Source: Blastocystis sp. subtype 4
Lineage: Eukaryota
Direction of reading: 5' to 3'
DNA length: 33,387 nt
Assembly: GCF_000743755.1 (NCBI RefSeq)
Contig: NW_014569453.1
Span: 1-33,387 of the forward strand
Shown here: positions 1 through 11,854 of the stretch, piece by piece
Layout of the letters: every line of letters starts with the position of its first letter
Position numbering within the stretch: position 1 is the stretch's first letter
Notes under the pieces: model-generated
Told to the model about the DNA's origin: nothing
Databases searched by the model: none
What the model saw: only the letters and a program-made list of their open reading frames with translations
Position numbers and translations under genes: made by a program

Positions 1-274
1 TGGAGCTGGAATGACTTCAGCCTTCTTGAGTGGGAATATGATGATTGAATGAGTGATAGTGACTCCAATGGATGTAATCAAGACTCGTGTACAAGCAGCA
101 AAAGGAACAAAGATGAGTAGTTCATTCTATGAGATGTTCCGAAATGTTCTGAAAACAGAAGGAGTGAGAGCTTTATTCAAAGGCGCTTCAATGCGTATCT
201 GTGTCCAAGCACCGATGTTCGCTATCATGACTACTGCTTTTGAACTTCAGAAGCGTTACATTGCTTCAAAGTGA
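1..274 (+). CDS. Mitochondrial carrier family (SLC25) protein, 3' part
   Basis: Removing GT-AG intron 30-59 gives GAGMTSAFLMTPMDVIKTRVQ...EGVRALFKG. This has the carrier signature Px[DE]xx[KR]xR and the EG..ALFKG motif. TGA at 272-274. Confidence 0.9.
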
Positions 275-485
275 AGGATATACTGATTGCTTCTCTACAG
301 AGCTGTTAGAACATACAGTACTATGTGTATCACTCTTTGTTATTTCACTCTCTTTTTATTCCCAATTATAATTTTATAGTTTCTTTGTAGATTTACAATT
401 ATTACTTTCGGTCCATTGTATCTGCAACTTATACTCTGTCATACCTATTTGTCATTCAGCATTTCCTTATTGTTTTTGTAATATC

Positions 486-946
486 ATGGAGGGCTCTTCA
501 CAGCCATATTCTATGGATTCAAATAATCAGCAGCTCTTTGTTTCAGGTTTGGAAGAAGGATCGGCTAAATCTAGTTATGTAAGTGATCCTCAAACAAATT
601 CTATTCCATACAAACGCAAAACACGCTTGTTTCGGTAGGTATTTTCTGTCGTTCTGATTATAGGATATATAACGGCATAAACATTGCTAGTTTGCAGTTC
701 CTCTCGAGGATGCGTGAACAGGGAGATATTATTGTTGTCGATACCCGAAGTGGAATAGATACGTACTTATTTGATAATCAAGAGGAAATGTCTGCATTAC
801 AATTTTTCAAGACTGTTGGCTCTACTGACTATCAACGTCTCTTTATTCAGTTCCTTCGTATGACTGAAAAAGAAGCACCTTTGAGGGAGAAAAAACTCAA
901 GAATATGTCAACTCTATCTAATAGTTCTGTTTTGGGGGATGAGTAG
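486..946 (+). CDS. Hypothetical protein (possible PhaR/PHB_acc_N-like domain)
   Basis: ATG at 486. The 29-nt intron 635-663 joins exon 1 in frame to ORF 692-946. The 3' end is uncertain (possible further intron). Confidence 0.6.
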
Positions 947-1097
947 ATCTATTGAGATTCTTATCGTATGACTCTATTTTATTGGAGTCTGTGTTTGTAT
1001 TCATTTTCTATGTTTTCGTTGTTTGTTTTTAAATTCCAGATTCACACAACATAATTTGTGGTATCCCATATTGCCATTTTTAAATCGACTGTGAACG

Positions 1098-3156
1098 ATG
1101 TCTCAGAATCTGATGGCGGATCCTGATGGAGACAGACCAGAACAGATTGGTACACATATTTTCTGCCTGTTAACTAATAGAGATTGAGATCAGCTCTCCC
1201 ACTTCATTTCGGAATACTATGTTCTATCACAGATTTCGGACATCTGCAGAACTCTGTATGGCGGGTTTATTTACTATTGAAAAGCAATCACCTACCAAGA
1301 AGCATCGTCGAATGAAATGCAAGTATAAATATACCTTCAAGTGACTATTTATAGTTTCTGTCACACAGTATTGTCTGGATGGAAAGACAAATTCTGTCAG
1401 CATTTGGATAAGTGCAAATATGCACGTGAAGTATCGATTTCTTTTATTCTTTTATGTAGTACTTTGCTTCTCACCCCGTCAATGCTCAGGAAGCTGTTTT
1501 GCAGCGACAATCTAAAAGGGTCTTGGCATCCGATATTCCACTTCTTCCAAATGAAAAGGTGAGTACTTCATTTCTCATTCCATGTAGCGTTTTTGTTCAG
1601 ATCCGCCGTTACTCTCCTTCGACCGAACAGAATATCTCACAATGCTGGCAGTTGGGTATGTCTGTTCTACAGGAGCAACAAAACGCATTTATGAGAACGA
1701 TTTTCTCAAGAATTTAGCCTTCACACTCCACTGGCAAGCGCCTTCAATGTATCTTATTCAGAAACGTTTGACAGAACTAAGTAAACAGTTATATGATTCA
1801 ATTTTAACATGTTGTGCAAAAGAAACATCAGTTACATTAATTGTGTATCCCTGGATGGATATCAATAAGAAATGTACTGTATCTTATCTATTATATACTC
1901 CTCATGATATGTTGTGTTTCCTTTCTCATTATATATGTAAACAAGAGAATTGGTCTATTATGTTCATTCATATGCAAACACAGCAAGTTCTTAAAATGCT
2001 TTCAGATCAGAATATCACAGTGTCGTTAATTCTTTTTGATGATTTGGAGTTGTATGATGAAGTGGGTGAAGGGTTTGTTCAGAATGATGTTATTGGTCCT
2101 ATTCCATATCTCTTAGATACTGTTCAACTTTGTGACGAACTTCTTACTTCGTTATTCTCCAATCGTTATTTCATGGGAATGAAACAATGTGTAGAATAGT
2201 TCTGTTTTTCATAATATTCAGGCTTCTACTCTCTATTCTTCTATTCAAAAGAGTTCGTCATTGTGTCAATACTTCCAACATTACTGCGCAGAGAGTGGAT
2301 TAGGGTTTCCTTAGAATGATGGTCTCACTAGTAGGGAAGTGATTCTTCCTCCTCTTTGTGAGGAACAGTGGAGCTCCTTATTCGCTGCTTTTGTAACCAT
2401 TGTCACTCACTTCCCTATGATCCTGAGTACTGTAAAACAAGGAATCAGTGAAGGTATTATCACTCCTCAACATCCTCTTTTCGTTATGTATTTGGAAGAA
2501 GAATGGCGACAGAAGTTACAACTTATGACTCAACATCTGGCTAATCTGGTGGACTGTACAGATTTGAGTACATCTACCAATCTGGATCTCTATTCTGTTT
2601 ATTGTGTGATTTCTCAATGTTGTTTAACAGCCAAAGATTATTATTCTGAGAGTGAAACTGTAGCATATGTTGAATCATGGATGCAGAATGCATTAGATCG
2701 TCATTATGATCCTGATTTACTTTGTTTGTATGCTGTTTTTGCTCGTTTTCATTCTGATGGGCAAATATCGTCTTTAGATTCAGAGATATATTCAAAAGAT
2801 ACCATTATCAAAGCATTAAAACGATTTGGTTCACAAAATGTTGATATTGAAGTCGAACATGAATTGGATTCCTTTTTGTCGAATCAGGATCCTATGTTTG
2901 GAACGATTCCTTCATCAACCTATTGGAAGTCTTATGGAATTAAGGTATATCCAAGACTTTCACAATTTGTTCTTCCTATCTTTGTATATCCAAGTTCTGA
3001 ATCCTCATACGAATTGTTGCGGAGTATAAAATCGTTCATTCACTTTCATGTACGATTGAAGAAGGAGGGACCAACTCAAGTTAATCATAACCAAGATGAA
3101 ATGATGATCAGTTGTAATCGTCACCTTTTGATTCGGTGGGACTTAGATTTTCAGTA
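1098..3156 (+). CDS. BED zinc finger / hAT transposase-derived protein (probably domesticated)
   Basis: Introns 1150-1180, 1323-1354, 1431-1459, 1559-1587 and about two more give one frame. BED-like KCNFCHTVLSGWKDKFCQHLDKC. C-terminus YWKSYGIKVYPRLSQFVLPIFVYPSSESSYE resembles the hAT dimerisation domain. The end is inferred from TGTTTGTT at 3161 (TA+poly(A)). Confidence 0.7.
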
Positions 3157-3160
3157 CTTA

Positions 3161-3168
3161 TGTTTGTT
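3161..3168 (+). terminator. TGTTTGTT polyadenylation-positioning element (hAT-like gene)
   Basis: Exact TGTTTGTT. The base 5 nt upstream (3156) is the A of an in-frame TA|C codon. Confidence 0.7.
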
Positions 3169-3235
3169 TGAGTCATTGCGGTTGACTTGCCTAAGATTGC
3201 CGATCCGCCTTTTTTCCCAATTCACTAGTTTTTTC

Positions 3236-4257
3236 ATGCATTTTCACATCAAGAGCCTTTTTACTTATCTCAAATCTCTTCTTCTACTGGCTTTCATCAA
3301 TGTGAAGGCTTTCTCGTGATATCTCTTGGTTTCTTCTCATTCGTAGCTTTGGGCTAAAGGATATTATTGATCAGAAAATGAGTTGTTGGGAAAAGACAAA
3401 CTATGTTATTATAGTATTAGTTTTATTACGTGTAGTTTTGCGAGTATCTACGTATTAAGCCTCACGTAACAAAGAAATCTAGTAAGCTTCTTCCAGGAAA
3501 GACCATGTATCTCTCAAATCATCGTTCGTGGGCAGATTTCTTTGTTGATGGGTATTCATTTTGTTTCATCATTTATTGGTAGAACTTTATGTGGAGGAGC
3601 GAGTTATATTGCGAGAATGATGGTTTGTTTGGGTGTTCCGGGAATGGCCTTCACGGCTTGGATAAACAACTATATTTGGCTGTTCCACAGAAAGAAAAAT
3701 ATAAATCGCAGTTGGTTTACGGAATTCTTCCGTAAGAATTGGGACATGAGGTATTGTTCTTTTGGTATTTTAAGTATAGACCTCTAGATGGTGTTGTTGT
3801 TTATCCTGAAGGTCACCGATATTCAGGAAAGGGTAGTCTTCCTCTAAAAACAGGTGTTCTTGAAGTTGCTTACAATCTGAATGTTCCTTGTCAGTGTGTT
3901 CTTTCACGGAATAAGGTTAATATGAAAATGGAATTTTATAAGTAGGAGAAGATTCTGAATGAGAAGGAACTTAGTTTTGCGTATGATGTCCCCATTTACA
4001 CTTCCATTGCTGACCCAATTTATCCTAAAGACTATAAGACGAAAGAGGAATGGTTTAAGAAGATACAAGAGGTATGGGATGCAACATTAGCCGATGTGGA
4101 AGAGAGCACGGAATTTGATGAGTGTTCATTGCCATTACCAGGAATTACTCCTGAAATGACACATTCGTATCCTCCTAACAACAAGAGGATTATCATGTTC
4201 TTTGCGTGTGTTGCCGCTATTCTAGCCCTAATAGTTGGGATCGTTAATATCCTGTAA
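3236..4257 (+). CDS. Lysophospholipid / 1-acylglycerol-3-phosphate acyltransferase (PlsC family)
   Basis: The spliced frame contains the NHRSWADF (HX4D) and VVYPEGHR motifs and a C-terminal hydrophobic helix. TAA at 4255-4257. Confidence 0.85.
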
Positions 4258-4433
4258 TTCATATGTTGTTTATTGTATTTGGTTTGTTCACACATTATTC
4301 TTTTTCACATACATGGAGGGTAGTAGCGGGAAGAAATCAATTCCTTGCAAGTACTTTGCAAAAGGAATTTGCAATAAAGGAGATAGCTGTCCGTAACACC
4401 TTTCGCATTTCTAGTAACGAACTAGTTATAGTC

Positions 4434-5609
4434 ATGTACTACCTACAGAGAAAGATACCAAAGAACGTGATCCGCGCAAGAGAGGTAATCAAGCAAAAGA
4501 ATCCAATCGAGTTCAAGGGTCATGTACTGTTCATCACTCAGAAGTTGAGCATATGATGAAACTATCTGGTAATTTTCTCCTTCTCACTGCAAGTCAGGAC
4601 CGCGATGTTTATGTATATCATTTTTGGATTTTGTAATACCAAGATCTGGGATCAGCAATTGACACAGAGCTTCTTATTTAAGGCGGATGCCAAGATCACA
4701 GCAGTAACCAATACAGTTATACACTTTGCATATATTCAAATGTAGAGCGGGTTTATTTTTCTTGCAGAATCCATGATTTCTAACCAGAGTACTGTGATTG
4801 CCGTATGCGTTATTACTCTTGCAGATCACCACCAATTATTCATTCAGGTTGTAATTATGTTCTTTTCTCAGTGTTAGCATGGTTTGAAAGCTCCTGTTGT
4901 GTATATTTCCTATTCGTCAAGATATCATTATCTATATTGTGTTCTTTCGAATGGAGATGTTGCAATTTACAATTCTGATACATCGTTTTCTCTCATCGCT
5001 GTCTTGAGTCTTGGGATCAATGTCACTTGTGCTCTGATTCAAGATGTTGTTGTTTATGCAGGAGGTCCAAATGGTGAGCTTGCAATTCTTAATATGCAAA
5101 CTAATGAAAGATGTATTCGTACGTTCACTGGAGTTCCTATTAAAGTATTCCTTTTATCTTCAAATGATTTGTAGACGTTACTGCTAATAAGTGAAGATCC
5201 TTCGTATGCTCTTCTTCTTGTATATGCAGATGGTCAGTTATCCTTATTCAATTTACCAGATTTCGTTTTACTGCATTCTGGAAATGTGGTAAGAGTGTAT
5301 GAGGAAAATAAGAGGAAGGGATCCAATGTGTTGGCTGCCACCGTATACAAAAACAAGAAGGATGAGTGGATGTTGATTTCATCATGCCAAAAGTTCTCCT
5401 CTGTTAGGGTGCACTTGAAGTATCATAATTAGGATATTGCATTATCTGTGATGGCAGTGAATGCCTTTCAACCTCGAGGACTTATGAAACAATGTACATC
5501 AGCTCCTGTAACTTCTTTGGTAAATATTGGAAAGCGAGGAACTGCTGGAGATTATGTCGTTGCTGGATGCAGAGATGGATCTATCACCGTATTTGATATG
5601 TCTGAATAG
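4434..5609 (+). CDS. WD40-repeat protein
   Basis: Spliced segments LLTASQDRDVYIWD, VYAGGPNGELAILNM and VVAGCRDGSITVFDM. TAG at 5607-5609, followed by TGTTTGCT. The 5' exon structure is not fully resolved. Confidence 0.7.
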
Positions 5610-5641
5610 TGTGTTTGCTTATAAACAATGGAATTACAACT

Positions 5642-6418
5642 TCAATTATAAATCTCTGGATGGATAAAAGGAATAAGTGCAAGAATGAGGGCATGTTCAT
5701 AATAACTACTTCGTGTAATAATGTTATTAGTCAAAATACCAACAGTTCTATAGTAATCAACCACTCCAATGAATCACCCATTCTCTCGTCCCGAATTCAC
5801 CCTCTAAAAATGAAACCAGAAACTAGATACTACTCCAAAGAATTGATCGTCGGCAATACCAAGCTCCATACCACCTACATATTACGTCGACACATAAAAT
5901 ACTATCAACTAAATCTACGACTGCTGGCGGGAGAAACATACTTCCTGTCTGACCAAATCCTAACAATAACATACATATAACTAACACACCCCACCGATTA
6001 TCATGAGGGCGATGAATAGCCATCCATGCAATAAGTCGTAGACTTCTTTTTCCACTAATAGGATCATCACATTTCATAACCCCTCCCTAGAATTACAATC
6101 TATCATCAAGCATACTTCCAAACCAACTACAAAGTCGGGATCGGCACTATTATCACATCTCCATTTTGATAACACATTGTGGACACGATTAATGGCTCCT
6201 AAATGAAATAACCAAATAAGTGACACCTTGGCGTGTTTCATCGTCACCAATAGGTTGACTACTAACTCCACTATCGGATGATATAGAACGAAAATCGATT
6301 GTATCATCCTTGAAAACCTAACATTCATTCCACCTAAATGATTTGATACCCTACAAAAAGCTAACTGGCAAGCTTCAATTTTGCAGGGGTTTGTAGATGC
6401 AACTAAGACAGTAACCAT
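5642..6418 (-). CDS. yjjX: Inosine/xanthosine triphosphatase, YjjX (NTPase_I-T) family
   Basis: MVTVLVASTNPCKIEA...SGVSSQPIGDDETRQGAINRV...DFVVGLEGG...GILTNNIITRSSYYEHALILALIPF matches YjjX motifs. Multiple ~30-nt introns. Confidence 0.85.
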
Positions 6419-6505
6419 TTGGGAAGTAATGTGTGTTTCATATTTATGTTTTTCCTAACGAAAGATTGACGAAATAAATTCACATATCAATACACTCAAA
6501 GGACG

Positions 6506-7560
6506 TTATAAGAAGTAGTCAGGAGGAGGGTTCTTTGAAGGTTCTTTACGTTCCGAATGAGGAGCAGCTTCATATACTTTGAAGTTACTTTGTAAGTATT
6601 CATCAACTTCCATGATTGAAGCAACATTACCACAACGATAACAATAGTTTGGAGCAGACCATACAGCTACCAATTGATTGTTGAACATCCATTTGTATCC
6701 TTCCATTACTAGTTGATGAGAACGACATATTAGATTCAAATTGTTATCAGCAACGAACTATTAGTTATTCAATACATTCATTTTCACTTTGCTTACAATA
6801 TCACCTCCAAAGATATATCCACAACCACGTGAACTTACTCTCCAACCACTAACATCTTCTTCTGGATCTGACCATAACAGATCACATACTCCTCCTTCTA
6901 GAGGTACTTCTTGAACTCGATTGATTGAACGAACCTATTCTTATATCAATACAATACAAATACATTATCAAGTGTTGAAATTGAAGGTGATAAACCACCA
7001 TGAACACAAAAGATACGACCATCAACAAGAGCACCCAAAGCAAGACAGTCAAACACTTCCACACATTCTTTCCAAATACGAACACTACCGAATTTACGCA
7101 TACATTCGTCATAGAAACTGTAGACTTGAGTGATTTGACGAGACTCATGATTACCACGAAGAAGAATAATTCGATCTGGATAACGAAGTTTCAGAGCCAG
7201 TAATAATAGAAATGTTTCAACACTATAGTAACCACGATCAACATAGTCACCCATAAACAAATAGTTTGTATCAGGACTCTCTCCTCCGATTAAGAATAAT
7301 TCACGGAGATCATAGAATTGACCATGAATGTCACCACAAATCTACAACTGTCTATTCTATCATTTTATTCATACTGTCACAGGTGTTCGAACTTCAACAA
7401 TATTCCCTTCTTTCAATAGAAGCTCTTTCGCTTTACTACATAACTCTATTACTTCATTCTCCGATATCAATTCGCATTTGCGTAACTATGTTATTACTAT
7501 TCATTTCATTACAATTCATACTGTTTCGATTTCTCCTTCTAACTCACTCTCCCAACACAT
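6506..7560 (-). CDS. PPP4C: Ser/Thr protein phosphatase 4 (PP2A-family) catalytic subunit
   Basis: [37 protein letters not shown] and C-terminal DYFL. N-terminus [16 protein letters not shown] is PP4-like. First intron 7486-7521. Confidence 0.9.
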
Positions 7561-7721
7561 TCAATTGATCAAACAAGATGAATTTCTATTGAAACTAGAT
7601 ATCAATTCGATTGAATCGAATTAGCCAGTTCTCAACTTGAGAAATGATCGAGACGGAATAACGAGAATTCGATTGATTTAGGGATTCTTCGTTCTTACAT
7701 TCAAAAGTCTTTATAACAACA

Positions 7722-8560
7722 ATGTAGAATTGTTTTATTCTCATTTTCATATTATAGGAATAATTATAGTATTCATGAAGTTAAGAAGAATGACTTCGAG
7801 CCTTATGATATGAACGGAGGGTATGAATATATTGAAATGATATTTATAGTCTATAGAACAATTGTAGCAATTGCAGGAAAAGACTATGTTGTGTTGGGAG
7901 GAGATACTCGTTTGACTCAAGGATATGAGATTCTAAGTCGAAATGTTTCTCGAGTACATGAATTGACACAGAAGTGTGTATTGGGAAGTGGTGGTTGTTG
8001 GACTGATATGGTAACTTTGAATCGTCTTTTGGATTTAGACATAAAGGAGTTACTATTGATAATGAAATTGATATATTAGATACAAGTATACTCATCGTGA
8101 AGAGATGAGTTGTTCTGCTATTGCTGCTTTATTAAGTAACAGACTCTATAATCGTCGATTCTTCCCTTTCTATGCTTTTAATGTTTTAGCTGGTTTAGAT
8201 GAAGAAGGTAAGGTTGTTTCTTTGTTTCTTTGATAAAAAGGACATGGTGTAATCTACAGTTATGATGCTGTTGGTTCATATGAATTATTAAAGTATGGAG
8301 TTCAAGGTTCAGCTCAAAGTCATATCATTCCAATTCTGGATAGTTGTGTTGCAAAGCGTAATCGAACAGTTCCATATGTTGATTTGGAGTATGAAGAAGC
8401 TTTGAATCTTTTGAAAGAAGCCTTTACAGTAGCAACAGAAGTAGTTACTCTTAGTGGTTAATGATAGTAGCGAGACAAAGATACAGGTGATTGTGTTGAA
8501 ATTGTTACACTTCGTTCTACTGGTCTTGAACGCAGTTCTTTATTACTTCGAGCTGATTGA
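7722..8560 (+). CDS. PSMB1: 20S proteasome beta-6 subunit (PSMB1/PRE7)
   Basis: FEPYDMNGG|TIVAIAGKDYVVLGGDTRL, LYNRRFFPFYAFNVLAGLDEEG, YSYDAVGSY and ERDKDTGD. The start ATG is split by intron 7724-7757. TGA at 8558-8560. Confidence 0.93.
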
Positions 8561-8580
8561 AGTGTTTGTTTGCAATGAAA

Positions 8581-8636
8581 TGATTGTTTGATATGAGACA
8601 GATTATTATGATTGTTTGACATGAAACATATTATTA
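8581..8636. repeat. Imperfect 28-bp tandem duplication
   Basis: tgattgtttgatatgagacagattatta / tgattgtttgacatgaaacatattatta (3 mismatches). Confidence 0.75.
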
Positions 8637-10509
8637 TGAGTAGATTAGTCTCATCAGAAACTCACTCAACAGTTTCGATGGGTTCAAATAACATTGTATT
8701 TGTTGTATCATTAACTGTTGTATCTCTAGCATGGATATATGTGTTTCAACTTTATGTTTTCAAAGTAGTTGAACAGAAGACTCGAAATGCTATAAATTTG
8801 TATGGACCGAAACCTACTACCATTGAAGGTACATTTGTGTAAAGAATTGATATAGTTGAGTCAAAGTTAGGAAGCGGACTCCAAAGATCGTTTTCTATTC
8901 AACAACAGAATTCAATAAACGTGAGAATCCTTCTTTCGTTATTGATACTCCTAAATGGAAATCTGAGGAACTTGTTCCAAGTCTTGATAAGTTCCGTTAT
9001 GATAATTGGGATTTAGACTATTCATATGATGTAGTGAAACGGAAACCTATTGAATTCATTTATAATGAAACGGGTGTGTTATGGGAAGAACAGATGGGTA
9101 TTGAGTTTTCTAAAGATGACTGGTATGATGATTTGATTGAGATTCGAGATCGTCTATATCGAAACAAATCATTGTAAGATTAGTTGAGTTGTGTGAGGTT
9201 GTAGAGGTATTGAGGAACTATTAGATACATTCTGGAAAGAGTAGAAGTCTTTGTATATTATTGAATATAGATCCAATGGTTATAGTCGTTTCCTTGCAAC
9301 AAAGAACTATGCATTTGTATCAAATGCGTGTATTCATGTTCGAAATGGTCAAGTAACACTTCATATGAAATCTGAACTTCAATTGAATAAGCTTCTTACT
9401 GATAACAAATGGAAAGATTTCTATTGTACTTCTCTTATTCTCTCTTCATCTAGTTAATCCTTACAAGATCATTACGAATACGATTCAAGAGAAGAGTCTT
9501 CCTAGAGTTCCTCTCAATCTTCTTGTAGCTCATCCACGTTCTGTGAAGAATGCCTATCAATTCTTGGAAGGTACTTCTATGATCACTCACATTGCAATGC
9601 ATCCTGAGAGTTTTCCTCCAGTAAGACTGATATGAGAATTGAATCGTAGTATAAGAATCTATTAGTGATAGCAAATCAGAGAGAACAACAACCTGATCCT
9701 TGGAATCGTCAGATTTTGGATATCATGTTAGCTATGTTCCCTACAGATCGTAGACCAGTTCTACTCTCTCCTTATACGGATCCTCAGTTTAATGGTCATA
9801 ATCTACTTTGTGATCGAATCATTGTACATTTTGTTGTTCAATTTGATATTAGACATTTGTACGTACTTGGGAACCAATTGGAAGTGGTTCGTTCATAGGA
9901 ACTGTTTTGACTGCTGACTTCTTCCGAGCTTCAGCTTATATCTATACAAACTATTATCCTCGTAAGACAGTTGGAGATCGACTCCAATTGACAATTGTAC
10001 GAAGACCTTCCTTTCGTTTGATTGAGAATCATGAGAGATTCATTCAACGAATCAATCAAGTATTGTTGGATTATGTGAGTCATTCTCTTCTCTGTCATAT
10101 GTAGTATGATTATGATGATCTGATTTTGGAAGAGTTAACGATTCCTCAACGTATTATCCAGTTTACTAACACAGATGTATTGTTTGCTGTTCATGGAACA
10201 GGTCTGGCTAATATGTTGTTTATGACAAAGAATAGTTATCTCATTGAAGCTTATCCTCCTTATTGGTATTGGTCATGTTATCAGCGTTTTGCGCGATCTA
10301 TTGGAGTGAAATCAGTAGTATTCAAATCAAGAGGTGTGAAAGGTCCTGAATGTCAAAATGATGAAGATAAGAGTGTCTTATGTCAACAGAAAGGTATTCG
10401 AGATCGTAACTTTAATATGAGTGTGAATGATGGTATCAAATATCTATGGGAAGCTCGACTCTATGTTTTAGAATACAAATACAAACGAAATCCAATTACA
10501 TTCAATTGA
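8636..10509 (+). CDS. Glycosyltransferase family 61 (DUF563), type II membrane protein
   Basis: N-terminal TM segment (IVFVVSLTVVSLAWIYVF). C-terminal GT61 motif QFTNTDVLFAVHGTGLANMLFM...LIEAYP. The start could be 8621, 8636 or 8678. Confidence 0.8.
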
Positions 10510-10576
10510 TTGTGTTTGTTATCAAATTGATATTATGAGTAGTGATTGAGGATTAGTATCTATTATCTTCAAACTG

Positions 10577-10729
10577 GAATCTCTTATGATTGTTGTTGAT
10601 CCTTAGAATCTCTTATGATTGTTGTCATTGAATCTCTTATGATTGTTGTCATTGTTGATCCTTAGAATCTCTTATGATTGTTGTCATTGTTGATCCTTAG
10701 AATCTCTTATGATTGTTGTCATTGTTGAT
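10577..10729. repeat. Tandem repeat, ~35-bp unit, 5 copies
   Basis: Unit GAATCTCTTATGATTGTTGTCATTGTTGATCCTTA. Copies start at 10577 (29 nt), 10606 (24), 10630 (35), 10665 (35) and 10700 (partial). Confidence 0.95.
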
Positions 10730-11522
10730 TCTCATCCCGATTGGTCTATACTGAGAATATAAATGCTTGTCTTGTTGTAGTGAAGATTCTAATCTGAATG
10801 ATGAGAGAATTACAATTGTTGTTCATCATATCAGAAGACAAATCAACAGATACTCGATGTGACTGATACATTCATACAAGATCCTTTCTCTATCATTGAT
10901 AGTATTCGAAGCAATACTCTTTCCAAGACAAACCTGAATAGAATCAATACGGAAAGGTGTATGATTGTTTCGAGTTAGGAATAAGATAATATTAATCACA
11001 GATCATATGTGCTGGATTGATCATGAACTTGTACTATTCCTTTCAAAGGTCAAATCTTGAATCTAATCCTTATGGTTTCCATCATATAGAATATATCATT
11101 CCAAATCATATTCTAACAATTTCGGATGCAAATATGATGATTGTTCATAAGTGTATATCCTTCTTCATTGAGTTTATGATACAATGATACATCACTGAAT
11201 CCACTTCTACTTCTCTTTAAACCAATGATGAGAAGGGAGCTCCCAAGTATGATAGTATCAATCTATCTGAAGGACTTTATAAGAATCTGATTATTCCTAT
11301 CATCATCAAGTTAGATATACATAATGAGTTGATTTCTCTTGAGATATCATATATCATGGATTCAGAAGGATTGGAATTACTAAATATGAAAACAAAGGAT
11401 TTGTTTGTATTTGATCAGAAAGTGATTAATGAATATGTTTTGATTCTTGTGGATACGAATTATGAATTTGGTAAGGATAAGAATGGAATGATTTGATTGA
11501 TTGATAAGATTCATACATTTGA
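10709..11522 (+). CDS. Hypothetical multi-exon protein (3' structure unresolved; may be partly decayed)
   Basis: The ATG in the last repeat copy opens MIVVIVDSHPD. Three GT-AG introns give a continuous frame to ...ISDANMMIVHKC at 11154. Downstream joins are ambiguous. Confidence 0.4.
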
Positions 11523-11854
11523 TTCTTCTCATTATTGGATCCAATTACTTATGAGAATCGATTCAAAACAAGAGAGAATCTTGATACTACTGATAATGAG
11601 TTCCTATATACTTGGTATAAGTCTCAGTATGATTCTTATGAAGATGAAGTGTTGTTTGAAGTACCTATTGAACTTATTCATGAATTGTCTTGATGATATA
11701 TCAAATTCTATGAACTCTTATTACAGATGATGATATCTACTTCCCTGTTTTGACAAATACTCCTTCTTAATCATTCCTTTTATCCTTCTATAGTCTGTTT
11801 GTTATTATAAACATCATAAAGGCGTCAATACCATCGTTCAACATCCTCAACCAC

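Noticed and set aside
2339..3319. 326-aa ORF suggesting a hAT-like/acyltransferase fusion
   Set aside because: It reads through a poly(A)-defined end (3156) into the in-frame first exon of the next gene (ATG 3236). Two separate genes explain it better.
10577..10729. CRISPR-like appearance of the ~35-bp repeats
   Set aside because: The units are directly adjacent with no unique spacers, there are no cas genes, and the context is eukaryotic.
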